A stretch of 64,000 nucleotides of DNA from Felis catus (GCF_018350175.1 NC_058368.1:221590001-221654000), one strand, 5' to 3'. Shown: positions 11,519-24,778, numbered from the stretch's first letter. Program-made: numbers and translations. The notes: generated from the letters alone by a model not told the origin.

Positions 11519-12676
11519 CCCTCAAAGGCTTTTAGCACATGAAGGAATAGGGATTAGACCTCAAAATTCTGAAGCAAAAGACACAATATTTTATATTTCT
11601 CCTATGGAGAAGTGGACAAACATTTATACCTACACGTATAGAAATGATATACATATAATTTTAAACAGTACATTAAGAGAGAACTACAGTTAAACAATAG
11701 TTAAATAAGAATAGAATATAGTTAAATAATAAATAATAATAATGCAGTTAAATAATATTAAATAATAAATAATAGACTGAGAGCATTGCTGATCCAGGGC
11801 AAGGGAAATTTTTTTTTGTTGGGCACAGTTGAGAATAGTGAATTTGTAAAAAGCTGGAGATAAACAATGCTGGATCTTTACCTATGAATGGGAAAACCGG
11901 AAAGGGGAAGTAATCACGCATGAGCAGTTTGCACATTTTATTAGGAAAACTATCAAGGAGAATTTAAGGGGCAAGAGATTAGCTAAGATATAATTGGTTT
12001 TGGGAACAAAAGCAATGGAGTTCCATGAAGCAAAAAGCACTCATGATTTGGGTGATGTAGGGCACTCACCCAGAATAAAAGCCTTGCTAAGTCAACCCTG
12101 GTTAAATCCCAAACTCATGAAACAGACGTCGTTAAAAGGTTAACGGCTGTCAATACTTAGTCCAACCTTCTTATGGTCTGAGGAAAAAGGAGAAAAATAT
12201 CTTCACGTTTATGTGAAAACTGACATGGAAAAGGCTGAAGAGGAGGAGAGAATTTTACAATTTTATTAGCTTAGGACGTAGTCACATACACACATCACTG
12301 AAATTTCAGAAAATCTTAGGCCAGTACTGGCACACCCTCCAATATGATGATAAAGTAATAGTTTAAAATTATGAAAAAGAAATATGTAAGATAAAAAAGA
12401 ACTTAACATGTAAACTTTCTCATGAATACATTTAATGTTCTTAGGCAGAGAGCCTACTTAATTATATTTAATCGATAAGGAAAATACAGGGCTAATCTGG
12501 CAATTCGTACTTCTGGCAATATGGAAAACAAAAACCTTCCTTCTAGAAAGCCCACTGTTAAAAGCAAAATATTTTTACTATTTATTTCCTACTACACACT
12601 TGTTGAGTTGATGCGGCTGTCAGGTAAATGCTTGCAAAGAAAGTCAACAAATAATGTTGCTCTAGAGAATTATGCT

Positions 12677-13139
12677 TGTTCTAGAATAGGGTTTGCCACT
12701 TGTGTCCGTTCTAATCACCAAGATGTGCTTACACATGCAAGATGTTTTTGGGGAAAATGCATGTGAGGGATCAAACCATAGGTGCTAGAAAAGACAGGGA
12801 GAGCCTTTGGATTGTGAAGCAGGTCTGACAGCTGTGATGGAAGAAGCATGTGTAGGAAGAACCTTCTATGACAGCATAGTTCTAGAAAAAGTATCATTGT
12901 TTAGGCAGCTGGGAGTTCTTTAGCCAAACTCATAGGTGCTTGCATTCTGCAAGAATGGGCTGGCACTAGAAGTTCTGTCTTGCTTAGTTATTAGCTGGGA
13001 CCAGCCTGGGGGAGTTGGGGGGAGGTATATGGCTTAGGCAGTGTGGCATCAAGGACACAAGTACAGGGTCACTCAGCTCAGCTCCCTGCATCAGATTCTG
13101 TTGAAGGAGACCCAAATGGTGCACTTCCATGGCCACCAT
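12677..13139 (-). mobile_element. LTR16A-like ERVL solo LTR
   Basis: Motifs gcaggtctgacagctgtga and cttagttattagctgggaccagcc; terminus gttgaaggagacccaaatggtgcacttccatggccacca. Confidence 0.78.
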
Positions 13140-13342
13140 GCCCATGTCGCCTAGAACCTGATTCAAAGACATGCACACAGGTATGAAATAGAACCTGTGG
13201 TCATCAGATCCGTGGTTCCAGCAAGGTCAGAGCTCAGGTCAGTATCCCAGAATCAGGGTAAGACTTCCAAAAATTAAGGAAGTTCTACCCCATAGAAGAA
13301 AGGCAAAAAGTAAAATGAAAACATTTAAAAAAAAAAACCCTC

Positions 13343-13580
13343 GGGGCGCCTGGGTGGCTCAGTCAGTTAATGTCCGACTTCGGCTCAGGTCATGATCTCA
13401 CAGTCCCTGAGTTCAAGCCCTGCGTCGGGCTCTGTGCTGACAGCTCGGAGCCTGGAGCCTGTTTCGGATTCTGTGTCTCCCTTTCTCTCTGACCCTCCCC
13501 CGTTCATGCTCTGTCTCTCTCTGTCTCAAAAATAAATAAACATTAAAAAAAATTAAAAAAAATAAAAATAAATAAAAATA
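13343..13580 (+). mobile_element. Young CAN-SINE (SINEC_Fc-like)
   Basis: Retains CpGs. TSD aaaaaaaccctc (13331-13342 / 13580-13591). Confidence 0.97.
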
Positions 13581-13679
13581 AAAAAACCCTCATTTTAAAG
13601 AGCTTGCATATTACATAATGGGTAGAGTTCTAAACGCTTTAATAACTAATTCTTCGCATTATCATTTCCACCGCAGAGT

Positions 13680-13810
13680 CAACACTATATGTTGTGCCGG
13701 GGAACACTATAGAAAATGCCAGGGAATAGTGGGAACATTGCAATGTTGAGAACACAGCAGTGAAGAAAGACAGTAACTTCGGCCTTCATGGGGCTTGTCT
13801 TCTAGTGAAT
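13680..13810 (-). mobile_element. L2 3' end fragment
   Basis: acacagcagtgaagaaagacag...gccttcatggggcttgtcttctagtg. Confidence 0.6.
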
Positions 13811-14614
13811 ACAGAGTCCATATTGGTCCTTATTTTATCACTCTGTGAGTTCCTGTCTCTTTCTGTCTCTCTCTTCACCAGGCACATACACACACATAAA
13901 CATTTCCTTGGCAACTGAACATAAATATACAGAGAACAATAACAACGATAAAAATCTAGACAAGCCACAATATGACATCACAATATGTCCGGCAGGCATT
14001 GCAAAGGAACCAGCCCATAGTCTATAGCCTAGCTGCTGTGGGATCCTGTCTAAATGAAAGAAATCGAGGAAGAATTTCTCACTTCACTGGTCACTTTCTC
14101 CCAGCTTCCTGCTTAGTCCTCAGTATTTTCAATTTGTAGCTCCATAAAGACATGTTTTAAAGATTCTCAACCTACCAGTGACAGTGGAATTAAGAAAAAC
14201 CAGAAAGTATTTATGATTCAGACAAGATAGTTTCCTTAGCTCTAGATCCTGCATACCAGCTGGTGCAAACATGAAAATGTCTTATTTTTCCAAAGGAGGG
14301 ATAGCAGAGGAAACAGTGATTACTTTGTGATCAGTGTGTATCATCTTCGTTTTTAATGCCTGAAAAGACTGAATCCAGTCTTGTCTTCTGTTACCATTAT
14401 GGCTTTCCTTATCTATCTCTATACTTCATCTTATTAGATTTTTCCTCATTGATCTAAGAATAGAGATTTTTCTGAAATACTAAATTCCGTGATTTTGACT
14501 GCAACAAATTGTTGAGGCTATTTCTGTTTTCAAAATAAGTTTATGATTCATAGGCCAATTTTTCCTAATATTAAATAATGCAAGAGAATAAAACAGATAA
14601 TGATACTAATATCA

Positions 14615-14830
14615 GTAATAATAACAGTATACCTTTACTGAGGGATTAATGCAAGCTCGTTACTGTGCAAAACTTTTGTATGAATTATCTGTTTAAAAAC
14701 CCTATGTGCTAGTTCCTGTTAGTGATCACAGTATACAGATGAGGACACTGAGGAAGAGAAAAGATAAGAAAACTAATGAAGATAATAAAGGATAGAGCCT
14801 TAAACCAATATCTGACTCAGAGTCCAAGAC
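14615..14830 (-). mobile_element. MIR remnant
   Basis: Core tacagatgaggacactgagg and atctgactcagagtcc. Confidence 0.7.
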
Positions 14831-14885
14831 CCCTTTCCTTCGTTTGTAAATACTAATAGGTCAACTTACTAAAGCCTTGAGATAT

Positions 14886-15083
14886 GGGATGCCTGGGTGG
14901 TTCAGTCGGTTGTGTCCGACTTCGGCTCAGGTCATGATCTCACAGTTCGTGAGTTTGAGCCCCTCGTCGGGCTCTGTGCTGACGGTTCAGAACTTGGAGA
15001 CTGTTTTGGATTCTGTGCCGCCCTCTCTCTCGTACTCTGTCTCTCAAAAATGAATACATGTTAAAAAATTTTAAAAAAATACA
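14886..15083 (+). mobile_element. CAN-SINE (SINEC_Fc-like)
   Basis: TSD taaagccttgaga (14870-14882 / 15084-15096). Confidence 0.95.
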
Positions 15084-15269
15084 TAAAGCCTTGAGACGTC
15101 ATATTCAACACTTCAGTGTTCAGCTGTCACATGTAAATTATGAGTAATATTTATGTTCAACAGATTGGAACTTAAAAGCAGAAGTTGAGGTGAGAAGGTT
15201 ATTTTAGTGTATTAATAAGGATTGAAGCTCTGAAAATGAATGACATCCCGAGAAAGCATTTTTTTTCCA

Positions 15270-15385
15270 CCATGATTCATTTGTTTAATAAATATTCATT
15301 TAGTACCACAGGTTCTGATGGTGATTGAGCATAATAAAGAAAATAAAACATAGCCCCTGTCCTCAGGAAACTCACAGCAATTATT
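15270..15385 (-). mobile_element. L2 3' end fragment
   Basis: ttcatttgtttaataaatattcatttagtacc...catagcccctgtcctcaggaaactcacag. Confidence 0.6.
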
Positions 15386-15441
15386 ACTAAAACTACGTAA
15401 TTGTTAAATAAAAGTAATTATTAATCAAGGTGTTCAATGAT

Positions 15442-15860
15442 TGTAATTGTTTCCTATTTCTATGTAAAAAGTGACCACAAATCTAGCAACTTATGCCACA
15501 TCCATTCCTTACTTCTCAGTTTGGCAAGTCAGATTTGAAAGTCAGAAGTCCAATCACAAGTTAGCTAGGGCCTCTGATCAGGGATTCACCAGGCTGACAT
15601 CAAGGTGTTGGTTGAACTGTTTTAATCTGGAGCTTAGGATCCTTTTCAAAGAACATTTAGGTTGCTGGAAAAGTTAAATTGATTTCCACTGCAGAACAGA
15701 GATCTGTTTTCCTGCTGGCTATCAGCCAGCTACTGTCAGCTCTCTTTCAGCGACTCCTTACCTACTAGAGGCCACTCCAGGCTCCTTGAGAGGTGTCATC
15801 TTCTATAGGCTTTCTCACACTCTTACACTTCAAAACTCCGACTTCAGGAAAAGCTCAGTA
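15442..15860 (-). mobile_element. MLT1D/E-like LTR
   Basis: tgtaattgtttcctatt...gaccacaaatctagcaactt, gtcagaagtcc, caggctgacatcaaggtgttgg. Confidence 0.75.
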
Positions 15861-15861
15861 C

Positions 15862-16140
15862 TTTTTTTTTTTCCTTTTTGTTTCAGGAGTAGAATTTAGT
15901 GATTCATCAGTTATATTTATATACAACACCCAGTGGTCATCCCAAATGCCCCCTTTAATACCCATCACCAATCGAACCCATCCCTCCTAGTTCTCTGTAG
16001 TGAAGTCTCATGGTTTACCTCCGTCTCCGTTTTTATCTTATTTTGTTTCCCCTTCCCTTACCCTATATTCATCTGTTTTGTTTCTTAACTTCCACATATG
16101 AGTGAAATCATAAGGTATTTGTCTTTCTCTGACTGGCTTA
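15862..16140 (-). mobile_element. Carnivore L1 3' end (5'-truncated)
   Basis: Poly-T, then tttcaggagtagaatttagtgattcatc...ttccacatatgagtgaaatcataaggtatttgtctttctctgactggctta. Confidence 0.88.
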
Positions 16141-16199
16141 GAGAAAGCATTTCTATTAAGAAGAAAAGGGGGGCTAAAATACAGACATGAGTTATCCAG

Positions 16200-17220
16200 T
16201 AGGTGGAAAAGTAGGATAAGCCTGCAAAGGGAACTGAGGAGAACGTCAGATGGGTAGAAGGAAAATCATGTCAGTGTAGTTTCTCAGAAGCCAAGGAAAG
16301 ACCATTTCAAGGAGAAAATTGTTAACAGCATCGAAGGGATGGTGTAGAGGACTGAAAACTTTTCCTTTGGGTTAAACCAAGCTGAGCACATGGGTAACCT
16401 TATCAAGGTACTCAGATCAAGGGATGGGACTGGAGGTTATAAGTGAGCTGAAAGGTTTAAAATAACCACTGCAGAAAGTAGGAGAGCAAAGTGACTAGAG
16501 GTACAATTTCAGGTAATTTAGAAAAAAACTTGGAGTAGCGATCATAAGTTTATTCATTACTTCAACATGTATTAAATAGTCCCAGCGAACAAAGCACTGT
16601 TCTGGGTTAGGGGGTACATTTGGGTATAAAAGCAGACAACATCTTCTGTTCTCTTAGAAATTAAGATCTACAAGGGTGATAAAGAAACCACGAACACCAT
16701 GTTAACATGTAAAAAAAAAAATGTTACCTGATACGTTGGAAAGGGACCAATGTTATTTAAGAAACAAGTAGGCCAGACTTAGATCAGGAGTGTTCTAAGA
16801 GAAAGTGTGTTACAAATGAACATAGGATTGGAAAATATATTTAATTTTTGTGATATTTGAGCAATGATATTGACTGGAGGAAGTGAGAATTAGCCATGTG
16901 GATATCCAGCAATAACACTCTAGCAAGGGAACAGCCAATGCTTGTTCCGTGAGGTATTGGGCAGTGTGCTTGGAGTCCTGTAAGGGGAGAGTAATAGGAG
17001 TTAAGGTTAAGAGAACAGTGGGAATGGGCTGTGAGGGTCCTAAAGCAGAGGGAAATGCAGGCCCTTGCAAGGATTTCACTTTTACTAAGTGAAGTAGGAG
17101 CCATTTACATTGCCGACAATGTGCACAGTCCCTCACTTCCTCCTGTAGTGTTCTGTTTGCGGATTGTACCCACCGAGAGTTGGCTTCACGATTCGTTTTG
17201 ACAGTTACCACAAAAACAGT
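16200..17220 (-). mobile_element. L2 remnants (at least two fragments)
   Basis: gcctgcaaagggaactgaggag, cagaagccaaggaaag, gcaagggaacagccaatgc, gcaaggatttcacttttactaagtgaagtaggagcca. Confidence 0.7.
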
Positions 17221-17657
17221 GACAGAAGGATTAACTTTTGACAGATGTCTTATGAAAATGCAGGACCATATGTTCTCAGCTTGATATTAAACAGAGGGAA
17301 GAAAAGAATAGGTGGCTGTATTGGAAGAAAGTGGGGGGGGGAAATGGACTGGCAATTTGATGAGGATGTTTGTAGTTTTCATTCACCGATAAAAGATAAA
17401 TATGTTGAATCCGGATCTGGCATTTGAGTTTTCCTTCAGCATTGAACCATCCTGGTTCTTCTTAGTGAATCACCGTGATTTCCAGAACTAAAATATTACT
17501 TCAAGATTCTGGGAAAAAGAGGTTCTGAGAAAAAAAAGATAATTCTGAACCCAAAATGTTTCCTGTGTCTTTAAATAATATATTTTAAAAATAAACTAAA
17601 TATACTTTTGGAGTTTGGTTTAGATTAAGACTAAATCTCCCCCCCCCCCCCACTGGC

Positions 17658-17900
17658 CATTCATTCATTCACCCATTTACTCATAAAACTAAACAAAGAA
17701 AACAAATGTTTATACACAGAATTAAGATAAATATTGGAAAATATTTTCTTTAAGAGGCTCACAGTCGAGTGATAAGGATGTTTTGTGTATGAATAGTGGA
17801 GGTATAATATGATATGTAGTAAAAAGACAAACAGCAAAGACATGAGGGTGCCATAGAAGTATTGGGGAGAGCTTCTAACAGGACATAATATTGGATGAAG
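17658..17900 (-). mobile_element. L2 3' end fragment
   Basis: (CATT)n terminus followed by gaggctcacagtcgagtg. Confidence 0.55.
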
Positions 17901-19470
17901 ATGGCTTACCAGGTAATGTAAGATTGCTTAGAATATGTTGATTAGGAAACCCATCTTTCAGGATGATACTCCAAAGGCAAATCAATATGGTAGCCAATTC
18001 ATTGTTCTTAATTTTGTTCTCAGTAAATATTAACTAAAGGAGAGAAGCGATAACTATGATGATGTGTTACTTATATGGAAATACACAACACGGCATTTGT
18101 TAAGAATAAAATCAAACGTCTACAGAATTCAGTAGGGGTAAACTCTTATTAGAAATAAAATAAATTTAAATATGTTCTCATATACCTTGTGCAGATAAGG
18201 AAAATTGGTGTTTCTTTGAACTTAGAGAAGAACTAAAATTGCCGTGTCCTTGATCTACTGCTCTGACATTGAGCTGGTTGGAGAATACTTCTAGAAAGTT
18301 AAGTCCTGATTCTATGACTTACTATTCAAATTATTTCTTCATTTATTATCTCCACACTTATTTTCCATGTTATAGTAAAGTAGTTTTTCTCATTGAAGTG
18401 TTTGTCAATTACCCACTTTTGAGCCCTGCCATTGCAACACTGAGATTATTCAATGAAATGATTCTTTCCTGGAGGGTTCAGAAGGATGACCCACTGTGAA
18501 TTCAATTGAAGCCATTTCAAAATTTGAATCCTAACAATAATGTTTATTCTGATATTTTCTCCTTAGTTTTCCTTATGTAATAGAGCCATGATTGAATGAA
18601 ATTGTTAGCTTCCAGCTATAAATGAAGTATTGACTTTGAGTGTTAGTGATTGGCTTTGCCGATTATTTCAGTTACTTTGTTAATGGGACAGCAATGCACG
18701 AAAAATAATCACATTTTAATTAACAGTGAAAGCTGACTGAATTTCCTAATTCCAATTAACTAACCTCTGCTTCTCTCCCCAACTCAAATATTATTCACAT
18801 GAGTACTTGGATAAAATGTGAAGACTAGAGTTCTTTTTATACATATCTAATATACATGCATCATCCTGATAGTGTTATATAAGGCAAGGGTTATTCATAA
18901 ATTTATAGAAACAAATTCCATTTTCTGACTGGCAGTAATGCCCCTTAATACTCATGTATAGTAACCACACAGGTATCATTAAAATGAAAAATATTCACTT
19001 TTTAGGCATGTATACACTAAATCAAAAGCTCATTTTTGTTTAAGTATTTTTCTTCAACTGTATTATTTTTGAAAGTGCAACTTATAATGTTCAAAACAAG
19101 GCCAATTAGGCCAATATTGACAAGTTATAAATGCATTCCAAACTTTTTCTTGGAGTACTCAATAAACAAGTACTTCTATTTGTATTCATTTTGAGACTGT
19201 TTTCAGTGAATCACACTTTAATCAGGAAATCCGAGCTTATAAAAATGTTCATTATACTGATTTTTCCAGTATTACTGTACACACCGAATCCTCTGAAGGC
19301 TATTGAAATACTTTATTTCATGATGTTTGCCAGGCTAATGAAGATATGTACAAAGTTATGGCCAAATTTAATATAATATTACACATTAAAAGAGTCTCCA
19401 TATTTGCATTTTTCTAAAATATTACTTTTGCTGGTGTTTAAACATACAATTTAAAAATAGACAGTTGGTA

Positions 19471-19638
19471 GGTGCCTGGGTCGCTCAGTGGCTTAAGCAC
19501 CCAACTCTTGATTTTGGCTCAGGTCATGATCCCAGGGTCATGGGATTAAGCTCCAATTGGACTCTGTGCTGAGCATGGGTCCTGCTTAATATTCTCTCTC
19601 TCCCTCTCCCTCTACCACTCCTTCCCTCTGTCTCTTGA

Positions 19639-19678
<40 letters not shown>

Positions 19679-19680
19679 AG
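19471..19680 (+). mobile_element. CAN-SINE with (GAAA)n tail
   Basis: TSD atagacagttggta (19457-19470) / atagacaattggta (19681-19694); tail has become a tetranucleotide STR. Confidence 0.95.
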
Positions 19681-19931
19681 ATAGACAATTGGTAATTTGA
19701 TTGGATTTTAACTATATCATGGAACAGATATAGGAATAAATCCAATAAGGAACTACTTATTGCTTAAAAATATATATCTTATATTTTGTTAGAAAATATA
19801 GTTAATGAAAATGGCATTATTCAAACACAAACTTCAAGTCTTCTCTGATTTGCAACAAAGAGGGTATCCCTGTGTTTTAAATGCAGACAGCTCTCCTTAA
19901 GTTTTCTTGTTTTTTAAAATTCTTTACAAGA

Positions 19932-20150
19932 GGGGCGCCTGGGTGGCTCGGTCAGTTAAGCCTCAGACTTCGGCTCAGGTCATGATTTCACGGTCCGTGG
20001 GTTCGAGCCCTGCGTCAGGCTCTGTGCTGACCGCTCAGAGCCTGGAGCCTGTTTTCAGATTCTGTGTCTCCCTCTCTCTGTGACCCTCCCCTGTTCATGC
20101 TCTGTCTCTCTCTATCTCAAAATTAAATAAACGTTAAAAAAAATTAAAAA
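19932..20150 (+). mobile_element. Young CAN-SINE (SINEC_Fc-like)
   Basis: TSD aaaattctttacaaga (19916-19931 / 20150-20165). Confidence 0.97.
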
Positions 20151-20439
20151 AAATTCTTTACAAGACTTTACAAGATAGTTGTTTCAGTATTTATTAGAGA
20201 GTTCATGATAATGTTTCCTTTGCATAAGGTATTTATTTAGGAAAAATTACAACATAAAGTAGCTCAATACAAAATGTTTAGAGTATTTTTCATGATATAT
20301 TTATTAATTAAATATTTACAGAATAATTAAATTAGTTTAAGAATCTCTTACGTATGTTTTACATAGATGTGATTCAGACTAAAAATTGTAAATAATTTTT
20401 ACAAATATAAATGCTGTTGCATGAAGAAAAATATGTACT

Positions 20440-20990
20440 AAGTCCTAATTGGATTCAGCTGCATGGGATAGAAATCCAACTATAATCTCTTAAATAAGTA
20501 GAGATTTATTTTTCTTGTGTAAAAAGAAGTCCAGAATTGGACATCCAGGGTCTGGTACAGCAACTCCAAGATAACATCAAAAATTGCTTTTTGATTTTCC
20601 AATTCATCATCTTAAGCTTTCTGCTTTCTTCTCTATGCTCATAAAGTAGCTTCTGTATGTCTAGTCTTTGTGTCAGCAAGACATGGGAAAGATGAAAAAA
20701 AATAGGAAAGATGAAAGAAAAACAGCAAAAGTATATACCGATGAGTCTGTCCATTTAAAAAAGTTTTCCTGAAAGCCCTGAACATTTCTTCCATGTTTAT
20801 CTCATTAGCCAAGGTGGAATCCCACGTCTACCCCAGCTCCAAGTTATTATGGGCAGGTGGGCATTTTAATTAGACATACTGCTATTCAAGACACAGCCCA
20901 TTGATAATAGATTCTATTAATATGCAAGGTTTTTATTAATAAGAAGAAAGAAATGGATATCAGAGAGACCACTGGCGATGACTGCCATAC
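20440..20990 (-). mobile_element. Old MLT1K/L-like LTR
   Basis: ggattcagctgcatgggatagaaatcc, gaagtccaga, tatctcattagccaagg, end gaaatggatatcagagagacc...ctgccata. Confidence 0.7.
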
Positions 20991-22239
20991 TCATTATCAA
21001 CTTTGCAATCAGATCCCAAAAGGCTAAGATGTCATTAAAGAGATTGCTAAAAATAGCAGTTCATGTAGCTTCAGGGGCAGCAAAGATAGCACATTTCACT
21101 GCCTTTTATGATTTAATCATTTACTGCAGTGATTACTGGAGTAATCATTTACTGAATGCCGTGGCGATTAAAGGTGGAGAATTTAAAGTGTGGAGTCATT
21201 TACACCTGCATTTTTACTTCCTATCTTCCAGCTATGTAGGATTGGCCAAGTTATTGAACATCTGTTGACATTTGTTTTCCAATTTATGAAATAGGAGACT
21301 TTTTAGAGTGAGCACAGTATTTTGCATGAAGTAGATTCAAAATTATTAGATGACTTCCCATTTTCCTCAAAATTCATGTAATCAATGATGATTTTCAATG
21401 ACGGAGTAAGATACTCAGGAGAAAGAAAACTGAGTGTCAATGAAATTTTGATTACTTCTCTTTTCTGGCTCTGTAAGTAAACAAGTCTGAGTAAACCATC
21501 TGTTGATTTTAAGAACTATGGCAGGCTTTGTTTTAAGCTGAGTAGGTATTCAGTAGAATGTAAATGTACTTTAAAGCTGAAGAACATAGTAAAATGAATT
21601 GCACATTGACTGTGTTTCTACGTATGACAAGAGAAACAGTTTTGTATTATTCTGGCCATCACTTGAAGATTAAAGGTGATTATCTTTGCTTCTACATGGC
21701 AGAGATGTGAGAGTCCCCCCTGGTTGCTGCAATATTTCCAGCCAGTAGGAACAGGCACATTGTGACTGGAGATTGAATCGTACCAATAATGTCACCTTAC
21801 ACTTAGAAAGAGTTATGGTGATAAACTGATTCTGGGTTGCTACAGCAAGAATCAAGAATCAGCCCTTGCTTTTTGGTCTAAGTTAACCAGGTAAAGTGCC
21901 CACCTGTGTCTAGTCCTCCTGTTCTCTTTGAGACTTACACATACCCTTTGATTTATTTTGTCTGCAGAAATAACTTCATATCAGGCAGATTCAGTCTCAG
22001 TATTCCATGTGGCATTTATGGAGTGCCCATAGATGTTGGCTCAGGCTATCAAATGTGAGCATAAAAGAACAGAAGAACACTAGGCATAAGAAGAAACAGA
22101 AGGCAAGAATTTAACCATGACCAAATCTTAGTAATAGCAGCGAACTAGCAGGATGACTCAAATAACAATGGAGACAAGAACGTAGGCACAGTGGTCGGAA
22201 GGAAGTAAGAGCTAATGCTTAATAGTGCTTAGTTTTCAC

Positions 22240-22385
22240 TCCGTACTGAACTCTGCTTTTACTACCTCATTTAATCATCATAGCTGCCAGTATGAGTTTA
22301 CAGGAAAGAAGTTAGCTATGGTGTTTAAGGTCATAGCACCAAATTCAGGCAGTTTAATTCCAAAGTCTGTACTTTTAAATGATAT
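22240..22385 (-). mobile_element. MIR remnant
   Basis: acctcatttaatcatcata...tttaaggtcatagc...tttaattccaaagtctgt. Confidence 0.6.
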
Positions 22386-23854
22386 TCTATATTATAGCTA
22401 CATAAAAATAACAAATAAATTAAAAATAAATTGAAAAGGAAGCCTTACTCTTGCTGAGTTCAGTGCTTTGGAAAAAAAAGAAAACCTTGATAGATTGACC
22501 CATCCACGTTTATAACTGGAAAATTCCATAGCAGGTGGGCACCTGTAGGCTAGACTAGCAGTTCCAAAGAGATGCCTTTAACTGATATTGTTCACTAATA
22601 GCAAGATTTATCACAGACATTATGGAAGTCATTTAATGGCTATAGTACTCATGGAGACACGTTCTGGGAATATATGTTTCAGGCTGCTGCAGTTCTTTTC
22701 AGATCAAATCATATTTCTTGTGGAAATAGTGTAGTGTTGACTGATGGATCATCGAACCTGAAGGGATAGTTCAATGGGTTTGTATTCTGAAACTGAAAAA
22801 AAATGTCAATTTTTATTTGCTCTTAGACTCATGTTTTGAATCAAATAATATTCGATGCAATGGGAATGTTAGAGAAAACTGCCTCAAGTTTGCTTGTTAA
22901 ATATCCATGCTTCATTTTTAAGACCAGGATAAAAGTATGTGACAAAAAAGCATGTAGAGATTATTGAACAATTATTTTCTCATGAGGGACCAATATGTCT
23001 ACATTAATTGATTCTTGAATAAGAAATGGTGGGTCTCAGCTAAGAAAACATAGTAAATAAAAGTTAGTTTGTTAAAAAAGAAAGAGACAAAGAAAAAATC
23101 AATAACTACTCTTGTTTTAATAAAGGAATCCCCGCAAGTGTCCTGTTGAAAATTATAAATGGGAGAAGCATTGTGAATAGAACTGGAGGGCTATTACGAC
23201 CGCTTTTAAGAGTACTTAAGTATTTAATTTATTATATGTGATGTTTTAAAACAATGTTTTAGGTGTGTGTAAAATACAGTGGATGTAATATTTTTCTTTC
23301 TTTGTATAATATTGTCCCGTTTTAAAGGAAGAAGTCTTTTGACTTCCCATCAGAAAGGAATGAACAAAGAAAGGCAGAGAGTTTTGTGCTGGGTAATGTA
23401 CTAAAGGGTGAATTAACTTCTCAGCAGACCAAATGTGGTTCACCAGGAATGTTCATTCCAGTAATATAAAAGAATAGATTCTCCCTATGTCTTTACTGTT
23501 TTTTTTTAATGTAAGAAACTATTTGTTTGATATTATTATTCTTGAAATGCTAGCCCTGGAAATATTTTTTAAAAATTTAATATCAATGAGATCTTACACA
23601 GACAATTCCAAAAAGTAGGCTGATTTCCCATTAATTTGGAGGAAAAAGTGTTTTTTTTTTAATTTTAATGTATGATTGCATGCTACAATTACTAATGACA
23701 AAAGTATTAAGTCTTATTTCAAGCAGGAAATGATTTTAGTCCTCTGTAACACATAAAATCAACTTGGAATATAATATGAAAGAGAAAATTAATGTTGATA
23801 TCATAGTAAAAACTGTACATGATTTATGGGGGGAATTAGAATTGCATTACCATT

Positions 23855-23881
23855 TGTGTGTGTGTGTGTGTGTGTGTGTGT
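23855..23881. repeat. (TG)n microsatellite
   Basis: Directly visible. Confidence 0.92.
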
Positions 23882-24074
23882 AGGTAATACTCATTCTAAT
23901 TAAATACACAAGGTTAGGAAAGAGGAAAATTAATAGTTATATAGGACAGTGGTGAGAAAGTAGGAACAAAAACAATTTATACCCCAATATTAAACTTATT
24001 TTCTCCTTCACTCAGACGTCTTGTATTATAACCTCAATCTACCTGACTAAGAGAGTTCAAAACAAGAACAGTCT

Positions 24075-24104
24075 GTCTTTCTTTCTTTTTTCTTTCTTTC
24101 TTTT

Positions 24105-24160
<56 letters not shown>

Positions 24161-24182
24161 TCCTTTCTTTCTTCTCTCTTTC

Positions 24183-24230
<48 letters not shown>

Positions 24231-24255
24231 TTTCTTTCTTCTCTCTCTCTTTTTC

Positions 24256-24334
<79 letters not shown>

Positions 24335-24438
24335 AAACATTTTATTTTTAACTAAACTCTCTACCCAGCATTGGGCTCGAAACCACAACCCCTAGATCAA
24401 GAGTCGCACGCTCCATTGACTGAGCCTGCCAGTGCCCC
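24075..24438 (-). mobile_element. Short tRNA-derived CAN-SINE with tail expanded to about 260 bp of (CTTT)n
   Basis: Body at about 24350-24438 (gatcaagagtcgcacgctccattgactgagcctgccagtgcccc); flanking repeat caagaacag at 24063-24071 / 24438-24446. Confidence 0.9.
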
Positions 24439-24729
24439 AAGAACAGCTTTTTTAAAACTTCATTTTCATAGAATGTTTTCCTGCTAAGAAAATGTATCCA
24501 CATTACTCAAATCATTTATATAATGTAATAACTTTTAAAACTTTTATCCCCAATTGAAAACAATGTCATGATGTGTGAAATCATTGTAGATTTTATAAAT
24601 ATTCATATATAATCAGGTGTATTACTTTATTTATAATCTTGGGAATTTATATATTTTTTGGTTTACCTATTTATAGTATAAAGATAAATGACTATAAAAG
24701 TACATGTGTTATTTGGCATTTTGATATCT

Positions 24730-24732
<3 letters not shown>

Positions 24733-24778
<46 letters not shown>
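24733..24778. repeat. (GA)n microsatellite
   Basis: Directly visible, near perfect. Confidence 0.95.

Noticed and set aside
24047..24388. 113-aa K/E/R-rich ORF
   Set aside because: Translation of the (GAAA)n SINE tail.
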